Positions 27,493 to 36,612 of a DNA stretch of 64,000 bases are shown here, piece after piece. The translations under genes were made by a program, and so were the position numbers. The stretch's first letter is position 1. The number at the start of each line of letters is the position of its first letter. The notes under the pieces were generated by a model. It was not told the origin of the DNA. It searched no databases and was given only the letters and a program-made list of their open reading frames with translations. The DNA is from Desulfatiglandales bacterium (lineage in GTDB: Bacteria; Desulfobacterota; DSM-4660; Desulfatiglandales; Desulfatiglandaceae), in assembly GCA_963662465.1 (NCBI GenBank), contig OY759599.1:5056001-5120000 (forward strand), written 5' to 3'.

Positions 27493-28870
27493 TTTGATTT
27501 TCAGTTTTCAGCGGCGAAAGAAACTGATTCCGATCGCCATAATGACATTTGGTCAGCATGATATTCAGGATGGCCGGATCCATGCCCCCGAGACCCAATT
27601 GGACGAGCTTGCCCAGGTTGCCCATGGTCTCTTCCGGGCTCTTTGCGATGATACCGTCAACCGGTTTGACAACGACGCCCTGCAGGGCCATGAGGGCGCT
27701 CTTGACCCCCGAAGAAACGGCTTCGCCAACCTTGAGCGCGCAGCTGGTTTTGGCGCCGTCGCATAAAAGCGTGGCGGTGTTTTCAATATGGTTTTTGATG
27801 GCCCCCCCGATTTTTTCCACCGTTCCGCCCAGTAAGTGGGTAATTCCGGCCGCAACACCGGCGCCTCCGGCGACGGCACTGCCGCAAAGAGGTCCTATTC
27901 TTCCCGCCAGGGTCTTGATGTAGCAGGTCACGAGATAACTCAGGGCAATGGATTTGATGAGCAGCCGTTTATCCTCGATGGTGGCAAATTCGCTTGCCGC
28001 CACAATGGGCGTCCCCGCTGCAATCCCCTGATTGCCGCTCCCCGCCAGGGTCATGGCCGGCAGCATGACCCCGCCCATGCGGGCATCGATCCCCGCTGCG
28101 GCAAACATGCCGCCGGCGAGTGCCATATCATTTTTAAGAAGCCCCTGGCGCAGCAGACTTTGCTGGGTTTTGCCCACCCCGAGCCCCGGACCATGGGAAA
28201 GACCATATCCGACCAGCGCCATATTGAGATCGATTCCCCGTTGAATATAGTCGGCGCCGTCTCTGTCCAAATCATTGGCCAAATCCACCATCGCTTCGAG
28301 CGTAAGGGATGTGAGCCAGGGTTCCAGGTCTTCAACGCTCAAATCCTCGTTTCCCATGCCCTTCAGAAACGGGTGGTCCTGCTGAGGATGACCGTCCATA
28401 CTGAGGGATTCGATGTGGTCGTGTCGTCCTGTGATGACGGCTTCCGCCGTATGCCCGCCGGCCTTGACAAGCGTTTGAACATAGAGACCTTCACACCCCT
28501 CTTGAATCCCGGCTGAAACCTTGCCGTCCTTCAACAGGGCCTGTGCATCCGCTATCCCTTGATGGTCAATGGTTGCGAATACCTGGAGGCGGTTTTCCGG
28601 GTTTCCGGCAACTGCCCCCATGGCCGCGGCCAGAGGGATGCCGCTTTGGCCTCCGGAACCGGGAATGATGACGCCCATGGCATTTTTGTAGATGTTGGGA
28701 TCCGTGGCAACGGTAATGGATTCGATGCTCGCTTCCCCTAAAAGTGCGGCCGCGGCCGCCGCGCAAAGTCCGATGGCGGCGGGTTCCGTACACCCCAGCC
28801 CCGGATCGGTTTCAATATGCAAGAGGTGCCTTGCCTTGTTGTGAAGGATGTCTTTGAGTGTGAAACCCAT
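27437..28870 (-). CDS. YhaM/CyuA-like L-cysteine desulfidase (UPF0597, serine dehydratase alpha-like)
   Basis: PGLGCTEP, DARMGG, GSGNQG, CDGAKTSCALK. Confidence 0.82.
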   Translation of the reverse strand: MGFTLKDILHNKARHLLHIETDPGLGCTEPAAIGLCAAAAAALLGEASIESITVATDPNIYKNAMGVIIPGSGGQSGIPLAAAMGAVAGNPENRLQVFATIDHQGIADAQALLKDGKVSAGIQEGCEGLYVQTLVKAGGHTAEAVITGRHDHIESLSMDGHPQQDHPFLKGMGNEDLSVEDLEPWLTSLTLEAMVDLANDLDRDGADYIQRGIDLNMALVGYGLSHGPGLGVGKTQQSLLRQGLLKNDMALAGGMFAAAGIDARMGGVMLPAMTLAGSGNQGIAAGTPIVAASEFATIEDKRLLIKSIALSYLVTCYIKTLAGRIGPLCGSAVAGGAGVAAGITHLLGGTVEKIGGAIKNHIENTATLLCDGAKTSCALKVGEAVSSGVKSALMALQGVVVKPVDGIIAKSPEETMGNLGKLVQLGLGGMDPAILNIMLTKCHYGDRNQFLSPLKTENQIMSPRSVLGRYRFSFPGP

Positions 28871-28982
28871 AATTTGCCTCCCGGTGTTGATGATCGGCCC
28901 AAGATGCGTATTTCGAAGGGGCCGAATTGGATTTTAAAAAGGATTTTAGAATAGCGCTTTTTGTTTCCTTATTTGGAAGGGT

Positions 28983-29397
28983 TCATACCGTGGCTTCCAA
29001 TCTCAACCGGTTGGCTTTGATGCCGGAGCGTGACCAATGCTCCTCAACGGACTGGATAAACGCCGGGCGAACCAGTTTGGCCCTCTGCTCCAGCCAATCT
29101 TCCTGGTTAACACGTAGATATAGACCCTCCGCAAGTTCTTTGCTCAGTTGTGATTGAGAAAGAAGTTTTTGGACCCCTGAGAATGAAAAGTGACCTTTCC
29201 CTAACATGGGTACCCGGGAAATCTCAAGTACTCTAAAAATTTGATCCCGTCTTGAACAGGAAAAGAATTTCGCGGTGTTTTTGTCAAAAATATCGAAACC
29301 CAAAAACCAGTCCGGCAATCGATCATAGAAGACAGAGTGCCGTGCGTAGCACCATTCACCGAAAAGGATATATCGGTTCGCAATCTGATCAAAATGG
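28983..29397 (-). pseudogene. RNA ligase-family protein, C-terminal part; N-terminus replaced by the transposase element
   Basis: LFGEWCYARHS..YD.LP..F..FDI, AEGLYLR, RAKLVR; the KxDG-containing N-terminus is missing at the element end 29398. Confidence 0.7.
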
Positions 29398-30442
29398 AAT
29401 GGGGTCAAGTCCGCTCTTGACCTGTTTGAGATGAAGTGATATTTAAGAAACATTATGGCCCGTCCTCTTCGCATAGAATATCCGGATGCCTGGTACCATG
29501 TCATGAACCGTGGGAGACGTGGGGAGGCAATATTTGCGGATACGCCGGATTATGCCATGTTTACGGAGTTACTGCAGGAAACTTCGGAAATGTGGAACAT
29601 CCGAATTGCAGCCTATTGCCTTATGCCAAATCATTACCATATGCTGGTCCAAACTCCTGAAGCGAACATTTCTAGAAGCATGCGGCATTTGAACGGAGTC
29701 TATACCCAGAGATACAACAGCCGCCACCGATGCGATGGGCCGCTTTTCCGAGGGCGTTATAAATCTATCCTCATCGACACAGACTCTTATCTGCTGCAAG
29801 CAGTTCGATATATTCACCGGAACCCATTGGAAGCGGGATTGACAGACAAGATGGATTCCTATCCATGGAGTAGTCATCAAGGATATTTATCCGTCGCTAA
29901 AAATTGGGACTGGCTGTTTAAAGGACCGATTTTATCGGTGATATCCCAAAACAGAAAGGATTGGTTACGCAATTACAGGAGGTGGGTGTCGGTTGATGAA
30001 GGGGGCGAAGTCAGCGAAAAGCTGGGCGCGAAAAGCTGGCCGGTGTGTTTGGGCTCCCAGGCATTTATTGATCGGATCAAACAGAAATACGGCAAAGAAA
30101 AAATCAATAAGGATGTACCATCGAGCAGAGAATTGTCACCGGATTACAAACGAATTGTTGAAGGGGTGTGCAAGGCCTACGAAACGACAGCGGCGGAAGT
30201 TTTAAAAATGCAGCGAGGCAAGATGAATGAACCCCGTAATGCTGCCATATATCTATCCAGAAAGCTCAGACGAGACACATTGAAAGAAATCGGCTTAAAG
30301 TTTGGTATCGACAATGATTCTACCGTCAGCAGTGTAATGGGGCGGGTAAAAAAGAGACTTGAAAATGACCGGGGTTTTTCTCGTCGGTTGAATGAAATCG
30401 CAGAGTCAATTCAATCAAGCCAAGAGCGGACTTGACCCCATT
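29398..30442 (+). mobile_element. Y1/HUH (RAYT-like) transposase element copy 1 with perfect 22-bp terminal inverted repeats
   Basis: AATGGGGTCAAGTCCGCTCTTG (29398-29419) / CAAGAGCGGACTTGACCCCATT (30421-30442). Confidence 0.85.
29455..30435 (+). CDS. REP-associated tyrosine transposase-like (Y1_Tnp) with C-terminal DnaA-type HTH
   Basis: YHVMNRG, MPNHYH (HUH), RYIHRNP, YPWSS; C-terminal PRNAAIYL...TLKEIG..FG....STV. Confidence 0.88.
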   Translation: MARPLRIEYPDAWYHVMNRGRRGEAIFADTPDYAMFTELLQETSEMWNIRIAAYCLMPNHYHMLVQTPEANISRSMRHLNGVYTQRYNSRHRCDGPLFRGRYKSILIDTDSYLLQAVRYIHRNPLEAGLTDKMDSYPWSSHQGYLSVAKNWDWLFKGPILSVISQNRKDWLRNYRRWVSVDEGGEVSEKLGAKSWPVCLGSQAFIDRIKQKYGKEKINKDVPSSRELSPDYKRIVEGVCKAYETTAAEVLKMQRGKMNEPRNAAIYLSRKLRRDTLKEIGLKFGIDNDSTVSSVMGRVKKRLENDRGFSRRLNEIAESIQSSQERT

Positions 30443-30579
30443 TATGACCCCATTTACTGGCGGGAAAGTTCAACGGCCTTGAGGGAGTCCATGGACGGGC
30501 TTTTTGAAATGCTGGAAAGAGAGGTTCCAGGGATGGCACGGATTACCGGGGATCCAGAAGTTCGACCAGGAGGAGAGAA

Positions 30580-31614
30580 ATGAGTGGACTGAAAAACGGC
30601 AATCCTGTTCCTGAATACGCAAGTTTCCTTGTCGAGGTTAAGGAACGTATTCGCAAGGCGCAGTACCAGGCGCTCAAAGCGGTCAATACCGAGCTGGTGG
30701 GGCTTTATTGGGACATCGGCCAGATGATCGCCGAACGTCAGGAAAAGGCGGGTTGGGGCAGGTCCGTCGTGGAAAGCCTGTCCGCGGATTTGAGGCGGGA
30801 ATTTCCGGGAGTCGCCGGTTTTTCGGTGCAGAACCTCTGGTATATGAGGCAGTTTTATCTGGAATACACCGGGCATGAAAAACTCCAACCACTGGTTGGA
30901 GAAATAGCCTGGGCTCACAATCTGGTCATCATGGGCAAGTGCAAGGACCCTCTGGAACGCGAATTCTACATCCGCATGACCCGCAAGTTCGGCTGGTCCA
31001 AGAACGTGCTCATCCACCAGATTGAAAACCAGACTTATGAAAAATCCCTGCTCGGGCAGACCAATTTTGACCGGGCACTGACGCCGGAGCTGCGCGCTCA
31101 GGCCAAACTGGCCGTGAAGGATGAATATACCTTTGATTTTCTGGAACTGGGGGAAGAGCATAGTGAGCGCGAGCTGGAACGGGCGCTGATTGCCAGAATT
31201 GAAGATTTCCTGCGGGCCATGGGGGGCATGTTCGCTTTTATGGGCAGCCAGTACCGGCTTGAGGTGGACGGCGAAGAATTCTTCATCGACCTGTTGCTGT
31301 TTCATCGGCGCTTGCGCTGTCTGGTGGCCATCGAGTTGAAGGTCGGTAAATTCAAGCCGGAGTTTGTCGGCAAGATGCAGTTTTATCTGAGGGCACTGGA
31401 CCGGCTGGTCCGGCAAGAGGACGAGAACCCTTCCATCGGCATCATTCTCTGCAAGGAAAAGAAACGTACCATTGTTGAGTATGCTTTGCATGATGCCCGC
31501 AAGCCCATCGGCGTGGCCACCTATGAAATCACCCGGACCCTGCCGAAGGAATTAAAGGGGCAATTGCCGCGTCCCGAGGATATCGCCGCCCTGCTGGAGG
31601 GGATTGAAGGATGA
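30580..31614 (+). CDS. DUF1016/YhcG PD-(D/E)XK nuclease-domain protein
   Basis: LYWDIG, GFSVQNLWYMRQFY, KDEYTFDFL, FIDLLLFH..L...VAIELK, GKMQFYL. Confidence 0.9.
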   Translation: MSGLKNGNPVPEYASFLVEVKERIRKAQYQALKAVNTELVGLYWDIGQMIAERQEKAGWGRSVVESLSADLRREFPGVAGFSVQNLWYMRQFYLEYTGHEKLQPLVGEIAWAHNLVIMGKCKDPLEREFYIRMTRKFGWSKNVLIHQIENQTYEKSLLGQTNFDRALTPELRAQAKLAVKDEYTFDFLELGEEHSERELERALIARIEDFLRAMGGMFAFMGSQYRLEVDGEEFFIDLLLFHRRLRCLVAIELKVGKFKPEFVGKMQFYLRALDRLVRQEDENPSIGIILCKEKKRTIVEYALHDARKPIGVATYEITRTLPKELKGQLPRPEDIAALLEGIEG

Positions 31615-31659
31615 GTAAACAATTTCCCGGCACCGGAAAGATGATCCGAGAGAATAGAC

Positions 31660-31815
31660 ATGGATAAAAAAATCCAGATGATGAAGGTCCAATTCGATTC
31701 TTTAATCCACCAGCTCCCCGAGGGGAACATCGAATTCTGGTTCGCCCGGGATCTGATGAAACCTCTGGGCGATGCGCGTTGGGAGAACTCCAAGTCTGCC
31801 GTCAAACGAGCAATG
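31660..31815 (+). pseudogene. DinD-like N-terminal fragment cut by transposase element copy 2
   Basis: EFWFARDL...LG..RWEN...AVKRA, then runs into the inverted repeat at 31816. Confidence 0.6.
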
Positions 31816-31869
31816 AATGGGGTCAAGTCCGCTCTTGACCTGTTTGAGATGAAGTGGTATTAAAGAAAC

Positions 31870-32015
31870 CGCATAAGTCTACATGTTGTGGGGTTTTCAA
31901 AAATCTACATGTAACCTATTGAAAATCAACGATTAATGACTTTGGAATGAAAACTCTGAAATCTTTTATATTTCAACATGTTAACCTAAAACCTCACAAC
32001 ATGTAGACTTATGCG
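31870..32015. mobile_element. 146-bp MITE, 28-bp TIRs, 8-bp target duplication
   Basis: CGCATAAGTCTACATGTTGTGGGGTTTT / AAAACCTCACAACATGTAGACTTATGCG (1 mismatch); AAAGAAAC at 31862-31869 and 32016-32023; absent from copy 1. Confidence 0.9.
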
Positions 32016-32026
32016 AAAGAAACATT

Positions 32027-33007
32027 ATGGCCCGTCCTCTTCGCATAGAATATCCGGATGCCTGGTACCATGTCATGAACCGTGGGAGACGTGGGGAGGC
32101 AATATTTGCGGATACGCCGGATTATGCCATGTTTACGGAGTTACTGCAGGAAACTTCGGAAATGTGGAACATCCGAATTGCAGCCTATTGCCTTATGCCA
32201 AATAATTACCATATGCTGGTCCAAACTCCTGAAGCGAACATTTCTAGAAGCATGCGGCATTTGAACGGAGTCTATACCCAGAGATACAACAGCCGCCACC
32301 GATGCGATGGGCCGCTTTTCCGAGGGCGTTATAAATCTATCCTCATCGACACAGACTCTTATCTGCTGCAAGCAGTTCGATATATTCACCGGAACCCATT
32401 GGAAGCGGGATTGACAGACAAGATGGATTCCTATCCATGGAGTAGCCATCAAGGATATTTATCCGTCGCTAAAAATTGGGACTGGCTGTTTAAAGGACCG
32501 ATTTTATCGGTGATATCCCAAAACAGAAAGGATTGGTTACGCAATTACAGGAGGTGGGTGTCGGTTGATGAAGGGGGCGAAGTCAGCGAAAAGCTGGGCG
32601 CGAAAAGCTGGCCGGTGTGTTTGGGCTCCCAGGCATTTATTGATCGGATCAAACAGAAATACGGCAAAGAAAAAATCAATAAGGATGTACCATCGAGCAG
32701 AGAATTGTCACCGGATTACAAACGAATTGTTGAAGGGGTGTGCAAGGCCTACGAAACGACAGCGGCGGAAGTTTTAAAAATGCAGCGAGGCAAGATGAAT
32801 GAACCCCGTAATGCTGCCATATATCTATCCAGAAAGCTCAGACGAGACACATTGAAAGAAATCGGCTTAAAGTTTGGTATCGACAATGATTCTACCGTCA
32901 GCAGTGTAATGGGGCGGGTAAAAAAGAGGCTTGAAAATGACCGGGGTTTTTCTCGTCGGTTGAATGAAATCGCAAAGTCAATTCAATCAAGCCAAGAGCG
33001 GACTTGA
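32027..33007 (+). CDS. RAYT-like transposase copy 2, HUH motif mutated (H60N)
   Basis: Near-identical to 29455-30435; MPNNYH instead of MPNHYH (CAT>AAT at 32204). Confidence 0.85.
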   Translation: MARPLRIEYPDAWYHVMNRGRRGEAIFADTPDYAMFTELLQETSEMWNIRIAAYCLMPNNYHMLVQTPEANISRSMRHLNGVYTQRYNSRHRCDGPLFRGRYKSILIDTDSYLLQAVRYIHRNPLEAGLTDKMDSYPWSSHQGYLSVAKNWDWLFKGPILSVISQNRKDWLRNYRRWVSVDEGGEVSEKLGAKSWPVCLGSQAFIDRIKQKYGKEKINKDVPSSRELSPDYKRIVEGVCKAYETTAAEVLKMQRGKMNEPRNAAIYLSRKLRRDTLKEIGLKFGIDNDSTVSSVMGRVKKRLENDRGFSRRLNEIAKSIQSSQERT

Positions 33008-33502
33008 CCCCATTTATGCGCTCGAACCTGTTGGTTCGCGGGACCTTGCTACGCTGCGGCCGGTGACCATGGGCCGATGGCCCTTTGATGGTGACCTGTT
33101 GACGGATTCCTGGTCCATATTGATGCGGATCGGCGATGAAAACGTGCATGGAGTGGGGGTTTAATAAGGATGCATGAGGGCAAAAGGGTCGACCTCATGA
33201 CGCCCATTTTTTGATTTTATGAACTTTTCAAGGCCCCGCCTCCGAAACCAATGGGATAGTAGTCAAAAAAATACCAGAAAATTGATCTTTCTTACCCGTT
33301 TTGTCTTGACTTATGCAGTGGTCGGGCGTAGGCAACAGTATCAGAATTCATGTGCGAAGTATTTTTTCGATTTGATAAAAAAAGAGGATCAGAAATGGCT
33401 TGTGGCGCACCCTGAACCCCGTTACTCCAGAACCGATGGAGAACGGGGTTTTGTATTTCCGGTGGATGCAGCCTCTCGGACCCCGAATCAGATCACCGCC
33501 TT

Positions 33503-33600
33503 GACGGGCGCTCCATCGCCCCGTGAGAGCGGCGTCTCACCGCGAAAGCACTGGTTCGGGATGCACGGCCTGTAGGTGCGGCTTTAGCCGCACAGTTCAA
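33503..33600 (+). repeat. Composite REP-like repeat, copy A
   Basis: GACGGGCGCTCC..CGCCCCGTGAGAGCGGCGTCTC..CGCGAAAG...GTAGGTGCGGCTTTAGCCGCAC. Confidence 0.8.
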
Positions 33601-33772
33601 CCCATGGATGAAAAGAAGCAAGAACATATTTTTTTTGAAAAAACTTCAGATCCCGTGACCGGATGTGACAAACCCATGAGGTATATTGGAGCAATACCGG
33701 AAGTGCCGGGACCGACCGTCTTCATCTGATGACATCGATGAATGTAAAAAACTCAGACAAGGAACCCGCATA

Positions 33773-34519
33773 ATGAACACAGGGAGCCGTCGTTACAGCA
33801 TTTTCATCAGCAGTGTTCAGAAGGAGCTCGCGGAAGAACGAAGCACGGTGAAGGATTTTATCAATCATGATCCATTATTTAGCCGATTCATCCGGGATGG
33901 GTTTTTTTTTGAAGATATCCCGGCGGGGGACCGAAAACCGGATGATATTTATTTGGACGAGGTTGCCCGCTGTGACATCTATCTTGCCATTCTGGGTAAC
34001 CGGTATGGCTCGAAAAACCAGGAGAGGAAATCCCCAACGGAACTGGAGTTTGACGAAGCCACCAGAACCCATTGGGAACGGCTGATCTTTTTAAAGGGCA
34101 GTGACGACAAGGCCCGTGAACCCGAAATGGCCGAACCCCTTTACCGTATAAAGTACGTGGAGAAAGCCGGCACCGGCACAACGGATATGATCGCCGATTG
34201 CCGGAAAGCGGGACTCCCCGAACCGGACTTTGAGCAGCGCGGTCCCTATTTCGTGGTGACCGTCTGGCGGGACTGGTTGACGGATGAGGTGCTGGCGGAT
34301 TTTAATTTGATCGACAGGCAGAAAAAAGCCATCACGTTATTGAAAGCCAAAGGAAAAATCACCAGCGGTGAATATAGAGAACACACCGGTATCGAAGCCC
34401 GAACAGCTACCCGTGACCTTAATGAACTTGTCAAAAAAGGGGTATTAATTCGGCACGGTGAGAAGCGGGGAACTTACTATACCCTTCGAAAAGGAAACTG
34501 GCATTTATCGGACATTTAA
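33773..34519 (+). pseudogene. DUF4062 domain joined to RecG-C/HATPase tail and HTH; probable internal deletion
   Basis: IFISSVQKELAEER...SPTELEFDEA, then abruptly AEPLY...YVEKAGTGT...ATRDLNELV. Confidence 0.6.
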
Positions 34520-34637
34520 GACTTCAATCCGAACTTGAGTTATCGGACATTTATCGGACATATGGGACATTTTTCAAACAAACGGCTCAAAGGCCTTTTT
34601 GACCGGTCGAACATATCCATAGTCGGTGGGCATTCCA

Positions 34638-34732
34638 CTGGTTCCCATGCTTTGCGTGGGAAGCCGCGGCGTCTCGCCGCGAAAGAGCTGACGGGAGGAT
34701 GCACGGCCTGCAGGTGCGGCTTCAGCCGCACA
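34638..34732 (+). repeat. Composite REP-like repeat, copy B
   Basis: GTTCCCATGCTTTGCGTGGGAA hairpin + GCGGCGTCTCGCCGC + GTGCGGCTTCAGCCGCAC. Confidence 0.8.
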
Positions 34733-34773
34733 CCCGGATCCCATTTGTGAGGCCCGGCAGGCAGACAAGACAC

Positions 34774-35652
34774 ATGATGAAGACAACGATTCAATCCGCA
34801 ACCCGTTTATTATGGATAACAGCAGCGGCGACTATTGGAGGCATTGTTCCATCCTACGCCGCCGATTTGCAGACATTCTCCAGTGTACAATTGGTCCATA
34901 ATGCTGAAAATGACGGGGACAGCTTTATTGTGGAAACCGGCGACAGGTCTTTCTGTGTGAGGCTCTATTTCGTTGATTGCCCTGAAACGTCCACCGGTTC
35001 CAAAAGCGATGCACAAAGGGTACGGGAGCAGTCCCGATATTTTGGTTTATCCGACCCGGCTCGTACGATCCATTTCGGTAACCAGGCCAAGACGTTTACC
35101 GAGCGTTCCCTTGCCAAAGCCTTTACCGTTTACACCGCCTTTGCCAGTGCCGGGGGCCGGTCCGCGCAAGGTCGTGTATATGGCTTCATCACGACGGATG
35201 GCGGAAACGACCTGGCGTGCCTCCTCGTTAAAAATGGGTTTGCCCGCACGCACGGCAAAGGCCGGAAAACACCCGATGGCGTACCCCGTGACGAAATGAT
35301 TGAAACGCTTCGTGATCTTGAAATTTCAGCCATGTTGAAACGGACCGGCATCTGGTCGGAAAGTGACTCGGATCGGATTGCGGAACTTCGCGCAACCCAG
35401 CGAAGAGAGGATAATGAATTAAAAGCATTACAAACCCGGGTAAAAAAGAGCTGGCCCGCACCGGTTTTGCTCGACCTTAACACGGCCAGCAAAGAGGAAC
35501 TGCAATCCGTCAAAGGAATTGGTCCGGTTCTGGCCGGAAAAATTATAGCCGGTCGGCCGTATAAAACCATGGATGATCTGCTTAACGTAAAAGGCATCAG
35601 TCAAAAAAACCTTGCGCGTTTTCGCCCTTATTTCACCGTGGGTGGAGAGTAG
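34774..35652 (+). CDS. Secreted thermonuclease(SNase)-like protein with C-terminal ComEA-type HhH
   Basis: Signal-like N-terminus, DGDSF..VRLYFVDCPE, LVKNGFAR; LDLNTASKEELQSVKGIGP. Confidence 0.75.
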   Translation: MMKTTIQSATRLLWITAAATIGGIVPSYAADLQTFSSVQLVHNAENDGDSFIVETGDRSFCVRLYFVDCPETSTGSKSDAQRVREQSRYFGLSDPARTIHFGNQAKTFTERSLAKAFTVYTAFASAGGRSAQGRVYGFITTDGGNDLACLLVKNGFARTHGKGRKTPDGVPRDEMIETLRDLEISAMLKRTGIWSESDSDRIAELRATQRREDNELKALQTRVKKSWPAPVLLDLNTASKEELQSVKGIGPVLAGKIIAGRPYKTMDDLLNVKGISQKNLARFRPYFTVGGE

Positions 35653-35710
35653 GGGATACCATGGCCCATGGACCCATTGAACCGGAGGAAAAGCCAATGT
35701 CCCCCCACCC

Positions 35711-35834
35711 CTGGTTCCCATGCTCCGCGTGGGAACTTTGGACGGGCGCTCCAGCGCCCTGTGAGAGCGGCGTTTCGCCGCGAAAGCACTGCCGGGAGGA
35801 TGGACGGACTGTAGGTGCGGCTTCAGCCGCACAG
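35711..35834 (+). repeat. Composite REP-like repeat, copy C
   Basis: Full four-hairpin unit. Confidence 0.8.
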
Positions 35835-35883
35835 TCTAAGGCACTGGCTCGGCCCCGCATACCACACTGGACAACGGATCACT

Positions 35884-36450
35884 ATGGCAAGAAAAAGCAA
35901 ACAAAAAGCACCGAACTGGAAAGACATAGAGAAGAAAATCAGTAAATTCGAGAAAACCGAATTTACCGAACTGCTGCGGGACCTCTATCATTTGTCACCG
36001 GAAAACAAAACTTTCTTCCTCACACGGTTTTCAATTGGGGAGGATACGCCGGCAACCTACCGGAGGATCATTCAAAACGCGATGAATCCTGAAATTGAAG
36101 AGGGACATGACCTGGAGATTGAAAAGGCACATGATGCCATCAAAAGATTCACCAAAGCCGTGGACGATCCTCACGGTGAAGCAGATCTGCGGATTTATTA
36201 TGTGGAATGCGGCAACAATTTCACCCTGAGCTATGGTGACATTGATGGAGATTTCTATGACGACATCCTGCAAATGTATGAATATGCTATAGAGACGGTT
36301 TTGGAACTACCGAAAAAAGACCGGAAAGCCTTCAAAACCAGGCTCCACGACATTATGGAATCGGCCGACGGCATCGGCTGGGGATATTCTGATGGGCTTT
36401 GTGAACTGTACAACAAGTCATTTCCAGATGATTCACTCCGGAAAGATTAA
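35884..36450 (+). CDS. Conserved hypothetical helical protein
   Basis: MARKSKQ...LLRDLYHLSPENK...YVECG..FT..YGDID..FY...GIGWG; start moved downstream of the repeat. Confidence 0.7.
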   Translation: MARKSKQKAPNWKDIEKKISKFEKTEFTELLRDLYHLSPENKTFFLTRFSIGEDTPATYRRIIQNAMNPEIEEGHDLEIEKAHDAIKRFTKAVDDPHGEADLRIYYVECGNNFTLSYGDIDGDFYDDILQMYEYAIETVLELPKKDRKAFKTRLHDIMESADGIGWGYSDGLCELYNKSFPDDSLRKD

Positions 36451-36483
36451 AGAACCCCAGGGAATCCCGGTATCCCCCCGGTC

Positions 36484-36612
36484 CTGGTTCCCATGCTCCG
36501 CGTGGGAACAAACGACGGGCGCTCCGGCGCCCCGTGAGAGCGGCGTCTCGCCGCGAAAGCACTGACGGGAGGATGCACGGACTGTAGGTGCGGCTTCAGC
36601 CGCACAGTTCAA
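36484..36612 (+). repeat. Composite REP-like repeat, copy D
   Basis: Full four-hairpin unit, near-identical to copy C. Confidence 0.8.

Larger units (their letters stand above)
31816..33014 (+). mobile_element. Y1/HUH transposase element copy 2 (carries a MITE insertion)
   Basis: Same 22-bp IRs at 31816-31837 and 32993-33014; 154 bp longer than copy 1. Confidence 0.85.

Noticed and set aside
29398..29504. N-terminus of track ORF 28983-29504
   Set aside because: Derived from the transposase element's left end, not the ligase gene
30454..31491. 345-aa antisense ORF (and similar long shadows at 22967-23944, 41645-42478)
   Set aside because: Entirely opposite well-supported genes; no motifs
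33219..33729. ORFs 33219-33575 and 33523-33729
   Set aside because: Read through repeat/hairpin DNA; no recognisable protein features
33503..36612. Repeats as a CRISPR array or integron attC sites
   Set aside because: Spacing is 0.8-1.1 kb with whole genes between; no cas or tyrosine integrase in the window; multi-hairpin units lack evident RYYYAAC/GTTRRRY box pairing
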